Shown in pieces: positions 39,528 to 48,319 of a DNA stretch of 64,000 nt (the stretch's first letter is position 1; each line of letters opens with the position of its first letter). The notes beneath the pieces are model-generated. The model made no database searches. It had not been told where the DNA came from and was given only the letters and a program-made list of their open reading frames with translations. The translations under genes were made by a program, and so were the position numbers. The DNA comes from an uncultured Candidatus Entotheonella sp. Its GTDB lineage: Bacteria > Tectomicrobia > Entotheonellia > Entotheonellales > Entotheonellaceae. Location: positions 2,368,001 through 2,432,000 of the forward strand of contig OZ244252.1 in the NCBI GenBank assembly GCA_965217185.1. Direction: 5' to 3'.

Positions 39528-40754
39528 TCAGCCGCCTTCGCCCATGTCCGCCGGCGGCTCGTAGAACAGGAAATCCGTTGCGTCCAGGTCTCCAATTTCG
39601 ACGTCTTCCACGGAATTTTGATCGAACCTGATTGTGCCACCACCGTACTCCGTCAGGTCGATCACGGTTCCATCGTGGGTGCTTCTGATGGTCAGGTCGT
39701 CAACACCCGTAATCTCAGTGAATGCACTTAGGTCGATCTTGTCTTCGCCATCCTTGAAAAAAGCAATTGTGTCATTTCCATGCCCTTGCTGAAACACAAA
39801 GGTGTCTTCACTACCTGAAACACCTGACCCTATTGAGTCGTCACCGTACATGCGATCGTTGCCTGCTCCACCATCGATTACATCCGAGCCGGTTCCGCCA
39901 TAAATGCTGTCCTTTCCCGTACCTCCGTACAAAAAATCATTGCCGGCATCACCTTTTATAATCACGTTGCCTTCGCCACCATAAATTGTGTCGTTGCCCT
40001 CGCCGCCCTCGAGGGTCGGCCCGAGCCAGCCATGCCATATACTTTCACCCTCTGGACCGCCATAAAGTGTGTCATCGCCAGCGCCGCCAGAGAGATCGTC
40101 CTTTCCTTCACCACCATGAAGTATGTCGTTACCTTCGCCGCCATAGAGCGCGTCGTCCCCGGCGTCGCCATACATTTCATCATCGCCCGAGCCGCCTTCG
40201 AGCCTGTCGTCGCCTTCGCCGCCTTCCAGGAAGTCGCTACCAGCACCGCCGTATAGCTCATCGTCGCCTTCGTGGCCCGCCAAGCCGTCGGCCTCGGCCC
40301 CGCCATAAATCGTGTCGTCGCCCGCACCACCAATCAGAATGTCCCAACCGGCTCCGCCTGTGATCGTGTCGTCGCCAGCACCACCATCAACCCGGTCGCC
40401 ATCGTTGTCGGCCTGGAGCGTGTCGTCTCCCGAAGTGCCACCCCCGTCCAGAGTGGAAAACACGAAGTCCGCCGCGTCCAGGTTATCAATGCTGAATCCC
40501 GACAGCAGGATCGTGCCGCCACCGTGCCCGGTCAGATCAATCGTGACGCCGTTGTCGTCGGAGGTCACCGTCAGGTCTTCAAAGCGCGTAATCCCTTGAA
40601 AACGCGTCAGATCAATCAGGTCCGTGCCGTTGGTGAAGCCGGTGATGGTGTCGGCATTTGTGTAACCAGGGCCGAACACGAAGGTATCGGCGCCGGCAGT
40701 GCCCTGGTGCGTGGTGTCGCCTGGGATGTCGGTGATGCGGTTTTCGTCAGCCAT
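39528..40754 (-). CDS. RTX-type Ca-binding repeat protein
   Basis: Many GGxGxDxLx nonamers; C-terminal DFLFYEPPADMGEGG. Confidence 0.9.
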   Translation of the reverse strand: MADENRITDIPGDTTHQGTAGADTFVFGPGYTNADTITGFTNGTDLIDLTRFQGITRFEDLTVTSDDNGVTIDLTGHGGGTILLSGFSIDNLDAADFVFSTLDGGGTSGDDTLQADNDGDRVDGGAGDDTITGGAGWDILIGGAGDDTIYGGAEADGLAGHEGDDELYGGAGSDFLEGGEGDDRLEGGSGDDEMYGDAGDDALYGGEGNDILHGGEGKDDLSGGAGDDTLYGGPEGESIWHGWLGPTLEGGEGNDTIYGGEGNVIIKGDAGNDFLYGGTGKDSIYGGTGSDVIDGGAGNDRMYGDDSIGSGVSGSEDTFVFQQGHGNDTIAFFKDGEDKIDLSAFTEITGVDDLTIRSTHDGTVIDLTEYGGGTIRFDQNSVEDVEIGDLDATDFLFYEPPADMGEGG

Positions 40755-40831
40755 GCTCTATCTCCTGTGCGGCACTGGATGGACAGGCCGCAGAAGCCAT
40801 CTCGAAAAACGGATTGACGGGTACGGCTGCT

Positions 40832-41998
40832 TCAGCCGCCGTCTACCCCCGGGTCCACCGGCGGCTCGGAAAACAGAAAATCCTCGGCGCCGAGGTCGGC
40901 GGTGATGCTCAGATCCCCGAAACCGGTAATGTCTGTGAACGCAGTCAGATCGATGGCGTCATTTCCATCGGCGAAGTCCTTGATCGTGTCGTTTTCGTGA
41001 CCGGCGGCAAATACGAACGTGTCGTCGCCGAGGCCGCCATCAAGCAGGTCGTCGCCCGCGCCGCCGATGAGCCGGTCGTGGCCTTCGCCGCCGTAGAGCG
41101 TGTCGTCGCCCGACCCGCCCCCGACTTCGTCGTCGCCTTGGCCGCCGTCCAGCAAGTCGTCGCCCTCGCCGCCATAGAGCCGGTCGTCGCCGGCGCCGCC
41201 ATAGAGCTCATCCGCGTCCCCGCCGCCATAGAGCTCGTCCTCGCCCCCGCTGCCACGGAGCGTGTCGTCGCCGTCGCCGCCATAGAGTTCGTTGTCGCCG
41301 GCATAGGGCATCGTGTCGTTGCCCCACCCGCCGTATAAGTGGTCGTTTCCTTCCCCGCCATAGAGCGTGTCGTCGCCGGCGTTGCCGAAGAGGTAGTCGT
41401 TGCCCCCGCGGCCTTCCAGGGCGTCGTCGCCATAGCCGCCATAGAGCAAATCGTCACCCTCGCCGCCCCAGAGGTCGTCGGCGCCGTCGCCGCCGTAGAT
41501 CGTGTCGTCGCCGGCCCCCGCTTCGAGCACGTCGTTGCCCGCGCCGCCCCGGAGCGTATCCTTGCCCGCGCCGCCGAGCAGCATGTCGGCCCCGGCGCCG
41601 CCCGTGAGAACGTCATCCCCGGCGCCGCCGTCGAGCCGGTCGCCGCCGTCGTCGGCCTGGAGCTCGTCGTCTCCCGTGGTGCCGCCGCCGTCCAGGGTGG
41701 AAAACACGAAGTCCGTCGAGTCCAGGACCGCAATATCGGATCCTGTCAGCCGGATCGTGCCGCCGCCGTGCCCAGTCAGATCAATCGTCACGCCCCCGTC
41801 GTCGGAAGCAATGCTCAGGTCCTCGAAGCGCGTTATCCCCGCGAACCGTGTCAGATCAATGCGGTCTTCCCCGACGGTGAAGCCGGTGATGGTGTCGTCG
41901 TTCGCGTAGCCGGGACCGAACATGAAGGTATCGGCGCCGGCAGTGCCTTGGTGCGTGGTGTCGCCTGGGATGTCGGTGATGCGGTTATCTTCAGCCAT
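40832..41998 (-). CDS. RTX-type Ca-binding repeat protein (paralogue of 39528-40754)
   Basis: Near-identical N-terminus and upstream region; nonamer repeats; C-terminal DFLFSEPPVDPGVDGG. Confidence 0.9.
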   Translation of the reverse strand: MAEDNRITDIPGDTTHQGTAGADTFMFGPGYANDDTITGFTVGEDRIDLTRFAGITRFEDLSIASDDGGVTIDLTGHGGGTIRLTGSDIAVLDSTDFVFSTLDGGGTTGDDELQADDGGDRLDGGAGDDVLTGGAGADMLLGGAGKDTLRGGAGNDVLEAGAGDDTIYGGDGADDLWGGEGDDLLYGGYGDDALEGRGGNDYLFGNAGDDTLYGGEGNDHLYGGWGNDTMPYAGDNELYGGDGDDTLRGSGGEDELYGGGDADELYGGAGDDRLYGGEGDDLLDGGQGDDEVGGGSGDDTLYGGEGHDRLIGGAGDDLLDGGLGDDTFVFAAGHENDTIKDFADGNDAIDLTAFTDITGFGDLSITADLGAEDFLFSEPPVDPGVDGG

Positions 41999-42314
41999 GC
42001 TCTATCTCCTGTACGGCAATGGACGGACAGGCCACGGAGGCCATCCCATCAAATTGTGGTTGCCGAGTGTGGCTTGCGCGCGCCTCAGGGCGCTTTCAGT
42101 TCAAAACGACTTCCCCCTCACCCCAGGGGAGAGGGAGCAAAACCCCCCTTGTGAGGAAAGCCAACCTCTTCATGGGGGCGGGTCAGCCCATGCCTGTCCA
42201 TACCTTCCCCCACCGGCTCGCCGGCGGGCTGCGCCCTTGTTTTTGCCGACTCCCCCTCAAGGGGGGAGTGAAAGATGGTGACGAACGAACAAGTCAGATT
42301 GATCCGAAAGTGTT

Positions 42315-42460
42315 CTAGCCGCCTTCGACCTCCGGGTCCACCGGCGGCTCGTAGAACAGGAAATCCTCGGCGTCGAGGTCCGCAGCATCGACGTTTTCGA
42401 GCCGGAGCGAGTCGTCACCCTCGCCGCCAAAAATTGTGTCGTGACCGCCAAGGCCATCGA
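42315..42460 (-). pseudogene. RTX gene remnant
   Basis: IDGLGGHDTIFGGEGDDSL joined to RLENVDAADLDAEDFLFYEPPVDPEVEGG*. Confidence 0.75.
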
Positions 42461-42577
42461 TCCGGTGAGCATCAGCAGGTTGACGGCCATGCTGAACAGG
42501 GCGCAAGAGAAAAAGAGCCGCCGGCTTTCCGCCAGCGCACCTCGGATCTCCCGGTTGCCGCCTTGGTTCTCTGCCAT
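42461..42577 (-). pseudogene. 5' fragment of a second T1SS ABC transporter gene
   Basis: MAENQGGNREIRGALAESRRLFFSCALFSMAVNLLMLTG matches the N-terminus at 39428. Confidence 0.85.
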
Positions 42578-42627
42578 CGGATGGGCTCCTTGCGGACTCC
42601 CCGGCGAACGCTGCGTCACGGCGCGTC

Positions 42628-43664
42628 TCAGCCGCCGTCGGGCGTGGCGTCCCCCGGCGCTTCATGGAACAGGAAGTCCGTCGCATCCAGGGTGTCGGCG
42701 GTGACGTCGGCGTCGCCCGAGGGATTGCCCGAGGCATTGATTTGCACCTGGCCGCCGCCGTGGGCGCTGAGGTCCAGGATGATGGCCGGTGCGCCGCCGA
42801 CCGTGGCCGAGTGGAGGCTCAGGTCCTCGAACCCGGAGATGCCGGTAAAGGCTCTCAGGTCGATGAGGTCTTCGCCGTCGGTAAAGTCGCAAAGGGTATC
42901 GTTGCCGTCACCCGGCTTGAACACGAAGGTGTCGGCGCCTTCGCCGCCCCATAGATAGTCGTTGCCAGCCCCGCCTTCGAGGGTGTCGTCGCCGTCCCTG
43001 CTCAGCAGGCGGTCATAGCCCCCCCGTGGCCGCGGAGGGTGTCGTCCCCAGCGCCGCCGTAGAGCATGTCGCTGCCGCTGTCGCCTTCGACCGTCTGGTT
43101 GACCCGGAAGGCGAAGTCGCTGGCACTGAGATCGGACGGGCTGACGCCTTCGAGACGGATGGTGCCGCCGCCGTGCGAGGAGAGGTCAAGGATGACATCA
43201 CTGCCATCTGCGGTAATCGTCAGGTCGGAGAGGTCCGTGATGGAAGCGAACTCGCTCAGGTCGATCGCATCTTCGCCGACTGTGAAGTCCTTGATCGTGT
43301 CGCTGCCGCCGGTATCGTAGTCCGGATGGTAGATGAAGGTGTCGGCGCCCTCACCCCCGGATAAGGTATCGTCTCCGGCATCGCCCCAGATGTAGTCGTC
43401 GCCCTCGCCGCCGTAGAGCGTGTCGTCGCCTTCTTCGCCCCACAGCTCGTCGCTGCCTTGACCGCCGTACAGGGTGTCGTCGCCTGTGCCGCCGGCGGCG
43501 TCATCGTCGCTCTCGCCGCCGTAGATCAGGTCGTTTCCACCAAAACCGTAGAGGCGGTCGTTGCCGCCGAGGCCGTCCATCCGGTCGGCGCCGTCGGTGC
43601 CGACAATCCGCCTGTTGTCATGCTCACTGCCCGTGATCTCGTTGTAGTCGGTGCTTTCTGCCAC
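42628..43664 (-). pseudogene. RTX-type repeat protein, frameshifted at a G7 tract
   Basis: ORF 43002-43664 continues in another frame after the homopolymer at 43019-43025 (YDRLL...[22 protein letters not shown]), ending [16 protein letters not shown]. Confidence 0.8.
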
Positions 43665-43759
43665 AATAGAAGTCCTCTCTGTTTCGTGACGGCTTTTTCA
43701 GTCGCCATCCGCCGGCTTACGAAGCGGGAATCCGTTCTCCATCATCCCGTCCCCGCTGT

Positions 43760-44559
43760 TCACAAATCGGTTGGCCTCCCGTGCGCCGCCCAGCGAGCCT
43801 TCGGGACCACCAGCGTCTTGGGGCGGCGTTCTTCGGCTGTCTTGAACAGTGAAAACGTTTGGTTCACGAAGTTGACGGCGCCCGAAATGTGTTCGAGGTA
43901 GGCATCGAGTTCCGGGGTGTGCGCGGCTTCAACCAACAGGACCGGCCGGTCCTGGGGCAGCGTCTCAAACTGGCAGTAGAAGAGCGGTTCGCCGCGCGAG
44001 AGCCGTAACTCCTTCTTGACCTCATGCCACTCGAACGCCCACATCAGTGGGCGCGGCCAGACGTCAATCGGAAAACGACCGCCGAAGAGCGTGCCCGGCC
44101 AAGGGTCCGCGCGGTAATGCGTGAATGGGGCGACCTGGGACAGATAGACCGGTTCGTCCGCAATGAACACGTACGGCAGGACATCTGGAGGGTTGGGCGG
44201 TCGGCATAGCGCCATTCCGCCTCGTTCGTGACATGCAACAGGGAGGCGAGTTTCTTTGATCGCACCGGGGATTGATGGCCCAGGAGATTACGCAGGGCTG
44301 GTTTGCCGTCCTGATCCCGGACAAAGGCGAGGTGCAGGTCGAAGGGGCAGGGCACCTCGAAATAGCGGCTCTCAAGCCCGATGATCGCCGGGCAGCGCGA
44401 GGCCGATTTCGCGTGGCGTTTGCTGATCTCTGCGGAACGCACCCGCGTCGGCGCGCTATAGATCACCCCGCCGCGCTCTTCGTTCAGCAACCAGCCGACC
44501 GTGACCGGGCCTGAGCGGGGCCCTTCGTCCGGCACTGCGTGGGTAATGCGAATCTCCAT
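43760..44559 (-). pseudogene. Conserved hypothetical protein, copy 1 (1-bp frameshift near 44181)
   Basis: ORFs 44044-44559 and 43760-44215 join at PTLQM|LPYVF; paralogue at 46779-47404. Confidence 0.75.
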
Positions 44560-44634
44560 GCTGTCACCCTTGACTACAGCGGCGTGGCGGTCCTGCCTCA
44601 GCGGGTATCAATCGCCCCGACGGTCGTGTGCGTC

Positions 44635-45441
44635 TCACAGGCCATCATCAACAAACACAAAATCCCCGGCGTCCAGGTCCGCGACATCGACATCCTCCAG
44701 CCGGATCGTGCCCCCGCCCTGTGTGGTGAGATCAATCACAGCGTCGTTTCCGTCGGCGGTAATATTCAGGTCCTCGAAACCCGAAACGTCGATCGGCCTC
44801 AGATCAATGGCGTCTTCCCCATCGGTGAAGTCCGTGATGGTGTCGTTGCCGTGGCCGACGCCGAATACGAACGTGTCGTCGCCTTGGCCACCCTCGAGCC
44901 TGTCGGTGCCCTCACCGCCCTCGAGCCTGTCGGTGCCCCAACCGCCCTGGAGCCAGTCGGTGCCGTCGTCGCCGTAGAGCGTGTCTTCGCCTCTGCTGCC
45001 GATGAGCCTGTCGTTGTCCTCGCCGCCATAGAGCGTGTCGTCGCCGTCGTCGCCAAAGAGCCAGTCGGTGCCGTCGCTACCATCCAGGAAGTCACGGCCT
45101 TCGTCGCCGTACAGCGCGTCGTCGCCGCCGTCGCCCTTGAGCGTGTCGTCGCCGGCGCCGCCAAAGAGCTCATCCTCGCCCGCGTCGCCCTCGAGCGTGT
45201 CGTCGCCCCCATGGCCTTCCAGGGCGTCGTCGCCCACCCCCGCCTCGAGCTGGTCGTTGCCCGCGCCGCCCTCGAGTGTATCGTCGCCCGCGCCGCCGAG
45301 CAGGATGTCGGCCCCGTCGCCGCCATACAGTTCGTCGTCGCCGGCGCCGCCGTCGAGCCGGTCGTCGTCATCGTCGGCTTGGAGCACGTCGTCACCCGAG
45401 GTGCCGCCGCCGTCCAGGATCACTTCATCTTCATTTGCCAT
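44635..45441 (-). CDS. RTX-type Ca-binding repeat protein
   Basis: GGAGAG RBS, MANEDEVILDGGGTSGDD, about 17 nonamers, C-terminal DLDAGDFVFVDDGL. Confidence 0.88.
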   Translation of the reverse strand: MANEDEVILDGGGTSGDDVLQADDDDDRLDGGAGDDELYGGDGADILLGGAGDDTLEGGAGNDQLEAGVGDDALEGHGGDDTLEGDAGEDELFGGAGDDTLKGDGGDDALYGDEGRDFLDGSDGTDWLFGDDGDDTLYGGEDNDRLIGSRGEDTLYGDDGTDWLQGGWGTDRLEGGEGTDRLEGGQGDDTFVFGVGHGNDTITDFTDGEDAIDLRPIDVSGFEDLNITADGNDAVIDLTTQGGGTIRLEDVDVADLDAGDFVFVDDGL

Positions 45442-45661
45442 GTGGTCTCTCCATAAGTCCAGAACGACTCTGTCTTTTTGCCAATACTGGGTAAACAACC
45501 GCCCTTTTGCGGTACCCTTTCATGCCAAACTCCCTGGAATCGGTGGAAATCGCACCTGCTATTGAGACGTCACCGACTTTAGGAACAGACACTTCAGTCT
45601 ATACAAAAACATTGAAAATCTATAATACATCCCATATAGGAGTAGGAAGAGGGCAGAGTCT

Positions 45662-45863
45662 GAGAGTTTGTTCCGAAATACGTCTTTGTTTTGCATAGCC
45701 TTACCAATCCACTAACGAGAGTCTGTGCACCAGTTGAGGAAAAGCCAGGTTTGGCCGTAGCAAGGGTCGCCTTGAAATTATTTGCAGATTCGCCCTGTGG
45801 CTCAGCGATGCCAGCGAGTCACAACTCACCAAAATCACTCAACTTATTTAGGAACAGACTCTC
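45662..45863. mobile_element. Putative 202-bp MITE
   Basis: Inverted repeats GAGAGTTTGTTCCGAAATA / TATTTAGGAACAGACTCTC (17/19), flanked by AGTCT on both sides. Confidence 0.6.
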
Positions 45864-45940
45864 AGTCTATACAAGACGATCCGCATTATCTCCCACTTGG
45901 GAGTATTAGCCACGAGACGAAGAGATCGACATGCGGCGGC

Positions 45941-46048
45941 GGGTTGTGGCGCTGCCGGGTAGGAGACAGCCGTATCCTTTGTGGTTTTCAGGACAGGACG
46001 TTGTGTGTTGTAGGGGTGAGGATTGGCAACCGCGATGAGGTCTATCGA
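45941..46048 (+). pseudogene. RelE/StbE toxin C-terminal remnant
   Basis: GLWRCRVGDSRILCGFQDRTLCVVGVRIGNRDEVYR resembles the RelE consensus LWRYRVGDYRI...IGHRREVY. Confidence 0.65.
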
Positions 46049-46281
46049 CCAGATGGCCGGGTCGTCGTGTCGGACGCTGGGCCGCTCTGTCAGTACAATA
46101 GAGGGGCGGTAGGGCTCGGCCCGACCGCGAGGGAGGGCGGCGTGATAGCCGGTGCGCGCGGCGTGGTGCGACCGTAAGGGCGCTCGACGCCGCTTTGTAT
46201 TTCGGTTTTCCGGGGGGGGGCCGGCTTGAGGGCGCTGGTCGGTAAGGCGCCGTTGCCACGCAGACAATCAGAGCCTGAGCC

Positions 46282-46665
46282 TCATCGCACCGCAACGCCC
46301 AGCGAGCCTTCCACCTCAAGGCTCACCGACTTGTCGTCCTGTTCCGTGACGACCCCACGCGGTCGGACGTGGGCGGCCGCGGCGAACACATGGATGCGTA
46401 TGGGATGGCCTTCGTCCGCGGCAACGCGCAGCGCAGTGGTCAGAACCCGACGTGAGAAGTCGTCGATGTGGCCCGCCCACAGGATGGTGGTCGTCACCTG
46501 CGTCCTGTCTGTCTGGTACGCGATATCAACCTGCCCTCCGGTTATCCGGTAGCCGATCCTGAAATGGCCACGGGAAGCCGGACGGGCCGCAAGGGCTTCG
46601 GAGCAAGCGGGCGCGGCGGTAGGCCGTGTTGTGGGTGCGGATTTTTCCCTACCAGATGAGGGCAC
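46282..46665 (-). CDS. Possible hypothetical protein or gene fragment
   Basis: 127-aa ORF with a plausible globular C-terminal half; no recognised motif; start uncertain. Confidence 0.3.
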   Translation of the reverse strand: MPSSGREKSAPTTRPTAAPACSEALAARPASRGHFRIGYRITGGQVDIAYQTDRTQVTTTILWAGHIDDFSRRVLTTALRVAADEGHPIRIHVFAAAAHVRPRGVVTEQDDKSVSLEVEGSLGVAVR

Positions 46666-46778
46666 CGGGTGACCAAGGGGAAACCCCGATCCGGAACCCC
46701 GTCGCCTCAGCGCGGGACGTCATGGGTGCGGCCTTTCGCCAGGGCACTCCTGCCGATGCCAGGCAAGGGGCTTGCGGG

Positions 46779-47404
46779 TCAACGCTGCCTCGGGACTACC
46801 AGCGTCTTGGGACGGCGCTCGGCGGCCGTCCTGAAGAGCGAGAACGTCTGGTTCACGAAGTTGACCGCACCTGCAATGTGCTGGAGGTAGGCATCAAGTC
46901 CCGGCGTGCGGACGGCTTCCACCAACTGGATGGGCCGGTCCTGGGGCACTGTCTCGAACTGGCAGTAGAAGAGCGGTTCGCCGCGCGTGAGCCGCAGTTC
47001 CTTCTTGATGTCGTGCCATTCGAACGCCCACATCAGCGGTCGCGGCCATACGTCGATCGGAAAGCGGCCGCCAAAGATCGTGCCCGGCCAAGGCTCCGCT
47101 CGGTGATGCAGGAACGACGCGACCTGGGACAGGTAGACCGGTTCTCCGGCAATGAACACGTAGGGCAGGGATAATTAGAGAGTCGGGCGGTCGGCATAGC
47201 GCCATTCCGCCTCGTTCACGACGTGCAGCACGGAATTGAGCGCCTTCGGACGCACCGGGGATCGGCTGCCCAGGAGATTGCGCAGGGCCGGCTTGCCGCA
47301 TCGTAAATTACCCCGCCACGCTCTTCGGCCAGCAGCCAGCCAACCTTGACTGGCCCTGAGCCCGCCCCTTCGTCCGGCAATGCATGGGTAACGTGAATCT
47401 CCAT
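46779..47404 (-). pseudogene. Conserved hypothetical protein, copy 2 (internal deletion and TAA stop)
   Basis: MEIHVTHALPDEG...GGVIYDA, deletion, KPALRNLLG...PTL*LSLPYVF...GGRFPIDVWPRPLMWAFEWH. Confidence 0.8.
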
Positions 47405-47425
47405 GCCGTCGTCCTTTACGGTGAT

Positions 47426-47455
47426 GCAGGTCGGATTAGCGAAACGTAATCCGAC
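47426..47455. repeat. REP-like family A copy (opposite orientation)
   Basis: GCAGGTCGGATTAGCGAAACGTAATCCGAC. Confidence 0.85.
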
Positions 47456-47479
47456 ATTCCAAAGCGTCCTGTCGCCGTC

Positions 47480-48286
47480 TCAAGAATCCCTGAAGCCGTT
47501 GAGTTCATGAATCAACCGCAGCCCCTTGAGAGTCAGCAACGGATCGATCACGTCAATGGCCTTGGTTTCGGGGGTGATGACTTCGACCAAGCCGCCGGTG
47601 GCGATGACTTTGACGGCCTGCCGATCTTCCTCAGCGGGCGCCATTTCGGCCTTCAGCCGCGCCACCAGCCCTTCGACCAGCGCGGCGTAGCCGAGGATGA
47701 GGCCGGACTGCATGGTGTGGACGGTGTTGGTGCCGATGGCGTGCGGCGGGCGGACGAGCTCCACCTGGTACAACTGCGCTGCCGAGCGGGTCAGCGATTC
47801 CAGCGCCGTTACTATGCCGGGGGCGATGGCGCCGCCGAGGTATTCGCCGAGCGCCGACACGCAGTCGAACACGGTGGCGGTGCCAAAGGCGATGGCGATA
47901 GCCGGGCCGCCGTAGAGGTGATGCGTCGCCGCGGCATTCACCACGCGATCGGCGCCGACCTCACTGGGGTTGTCCACCGACAGCGTCACGCCGCTGCGGG
48001 TGTGCGGCCCGACCATCAGGGGCTCGACGCGCAGGTACTGGCGCGACAACTGATCGAAGACCGCGCGCAGCGGCGGCACGACGCAGGAGATCGACACGCC
48101 GCGAATGTCTTCCACGGCGATGTCGTTGGCGCGGAAGAGGCTGAGTAGCAGGATGGCGTACTCGTCGGCGAGCTTTTGCCGCTCGGTGGCGAAGCGCCAG
48201 TCGGCCAGCAGGGCGTCGCCTTGAAACACGCCGGCTTTGATGGTGGTGTTACTGACGTCGATGGTGAGCAGCATGGGCATCCCCAT
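47480..48286 (-). CDS. coaX: Type III pantothenate kinase
   Basis: IDVSNT, SCVVP, EVGADR, FGTAT, GGAIAPG, IATGG; start could be 48274 or 48280. Confidence 0.92.
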   Translation of the reverse strand: MGMPMLLTIDVSNTTIKAGVFQGDALLADWRFATERQKLADEYAILLLSLFRANDIAVEDIRGVSISCVVPPLRAVFDQLSRQYLRVEPLMVGPHTRSGVTLSVDNPSEVGADRVVNAAATHHLYGGPAIAIAFGTATVFDCVSALGEYLGGAIAPGIVTALESLTRSAAQLYQVELVRPPHAIGTNTVHTMQSGLILGYAALVEGLVARLKAEMAPAEEDRQAVKVIATGGLVEVITPETKAIDVIDPLLTLKGLRLIHELNGFRDS

Positions 48287-48319
48287 GGCTGAAGGGCAGG
48301 GTCGTGCCGGGGCTTCGGC

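Noticed and set aside
42113..42312. Repeat-like stretch (ACTCCCCCTCAAGGGGGGAGT) followed by MVTNEQVRLIRK, reminiscent of an IS21 istA start
   Set aside because: Only about 12 codons, single copy in the window and no IS ends identified; cannot be supported without a search.
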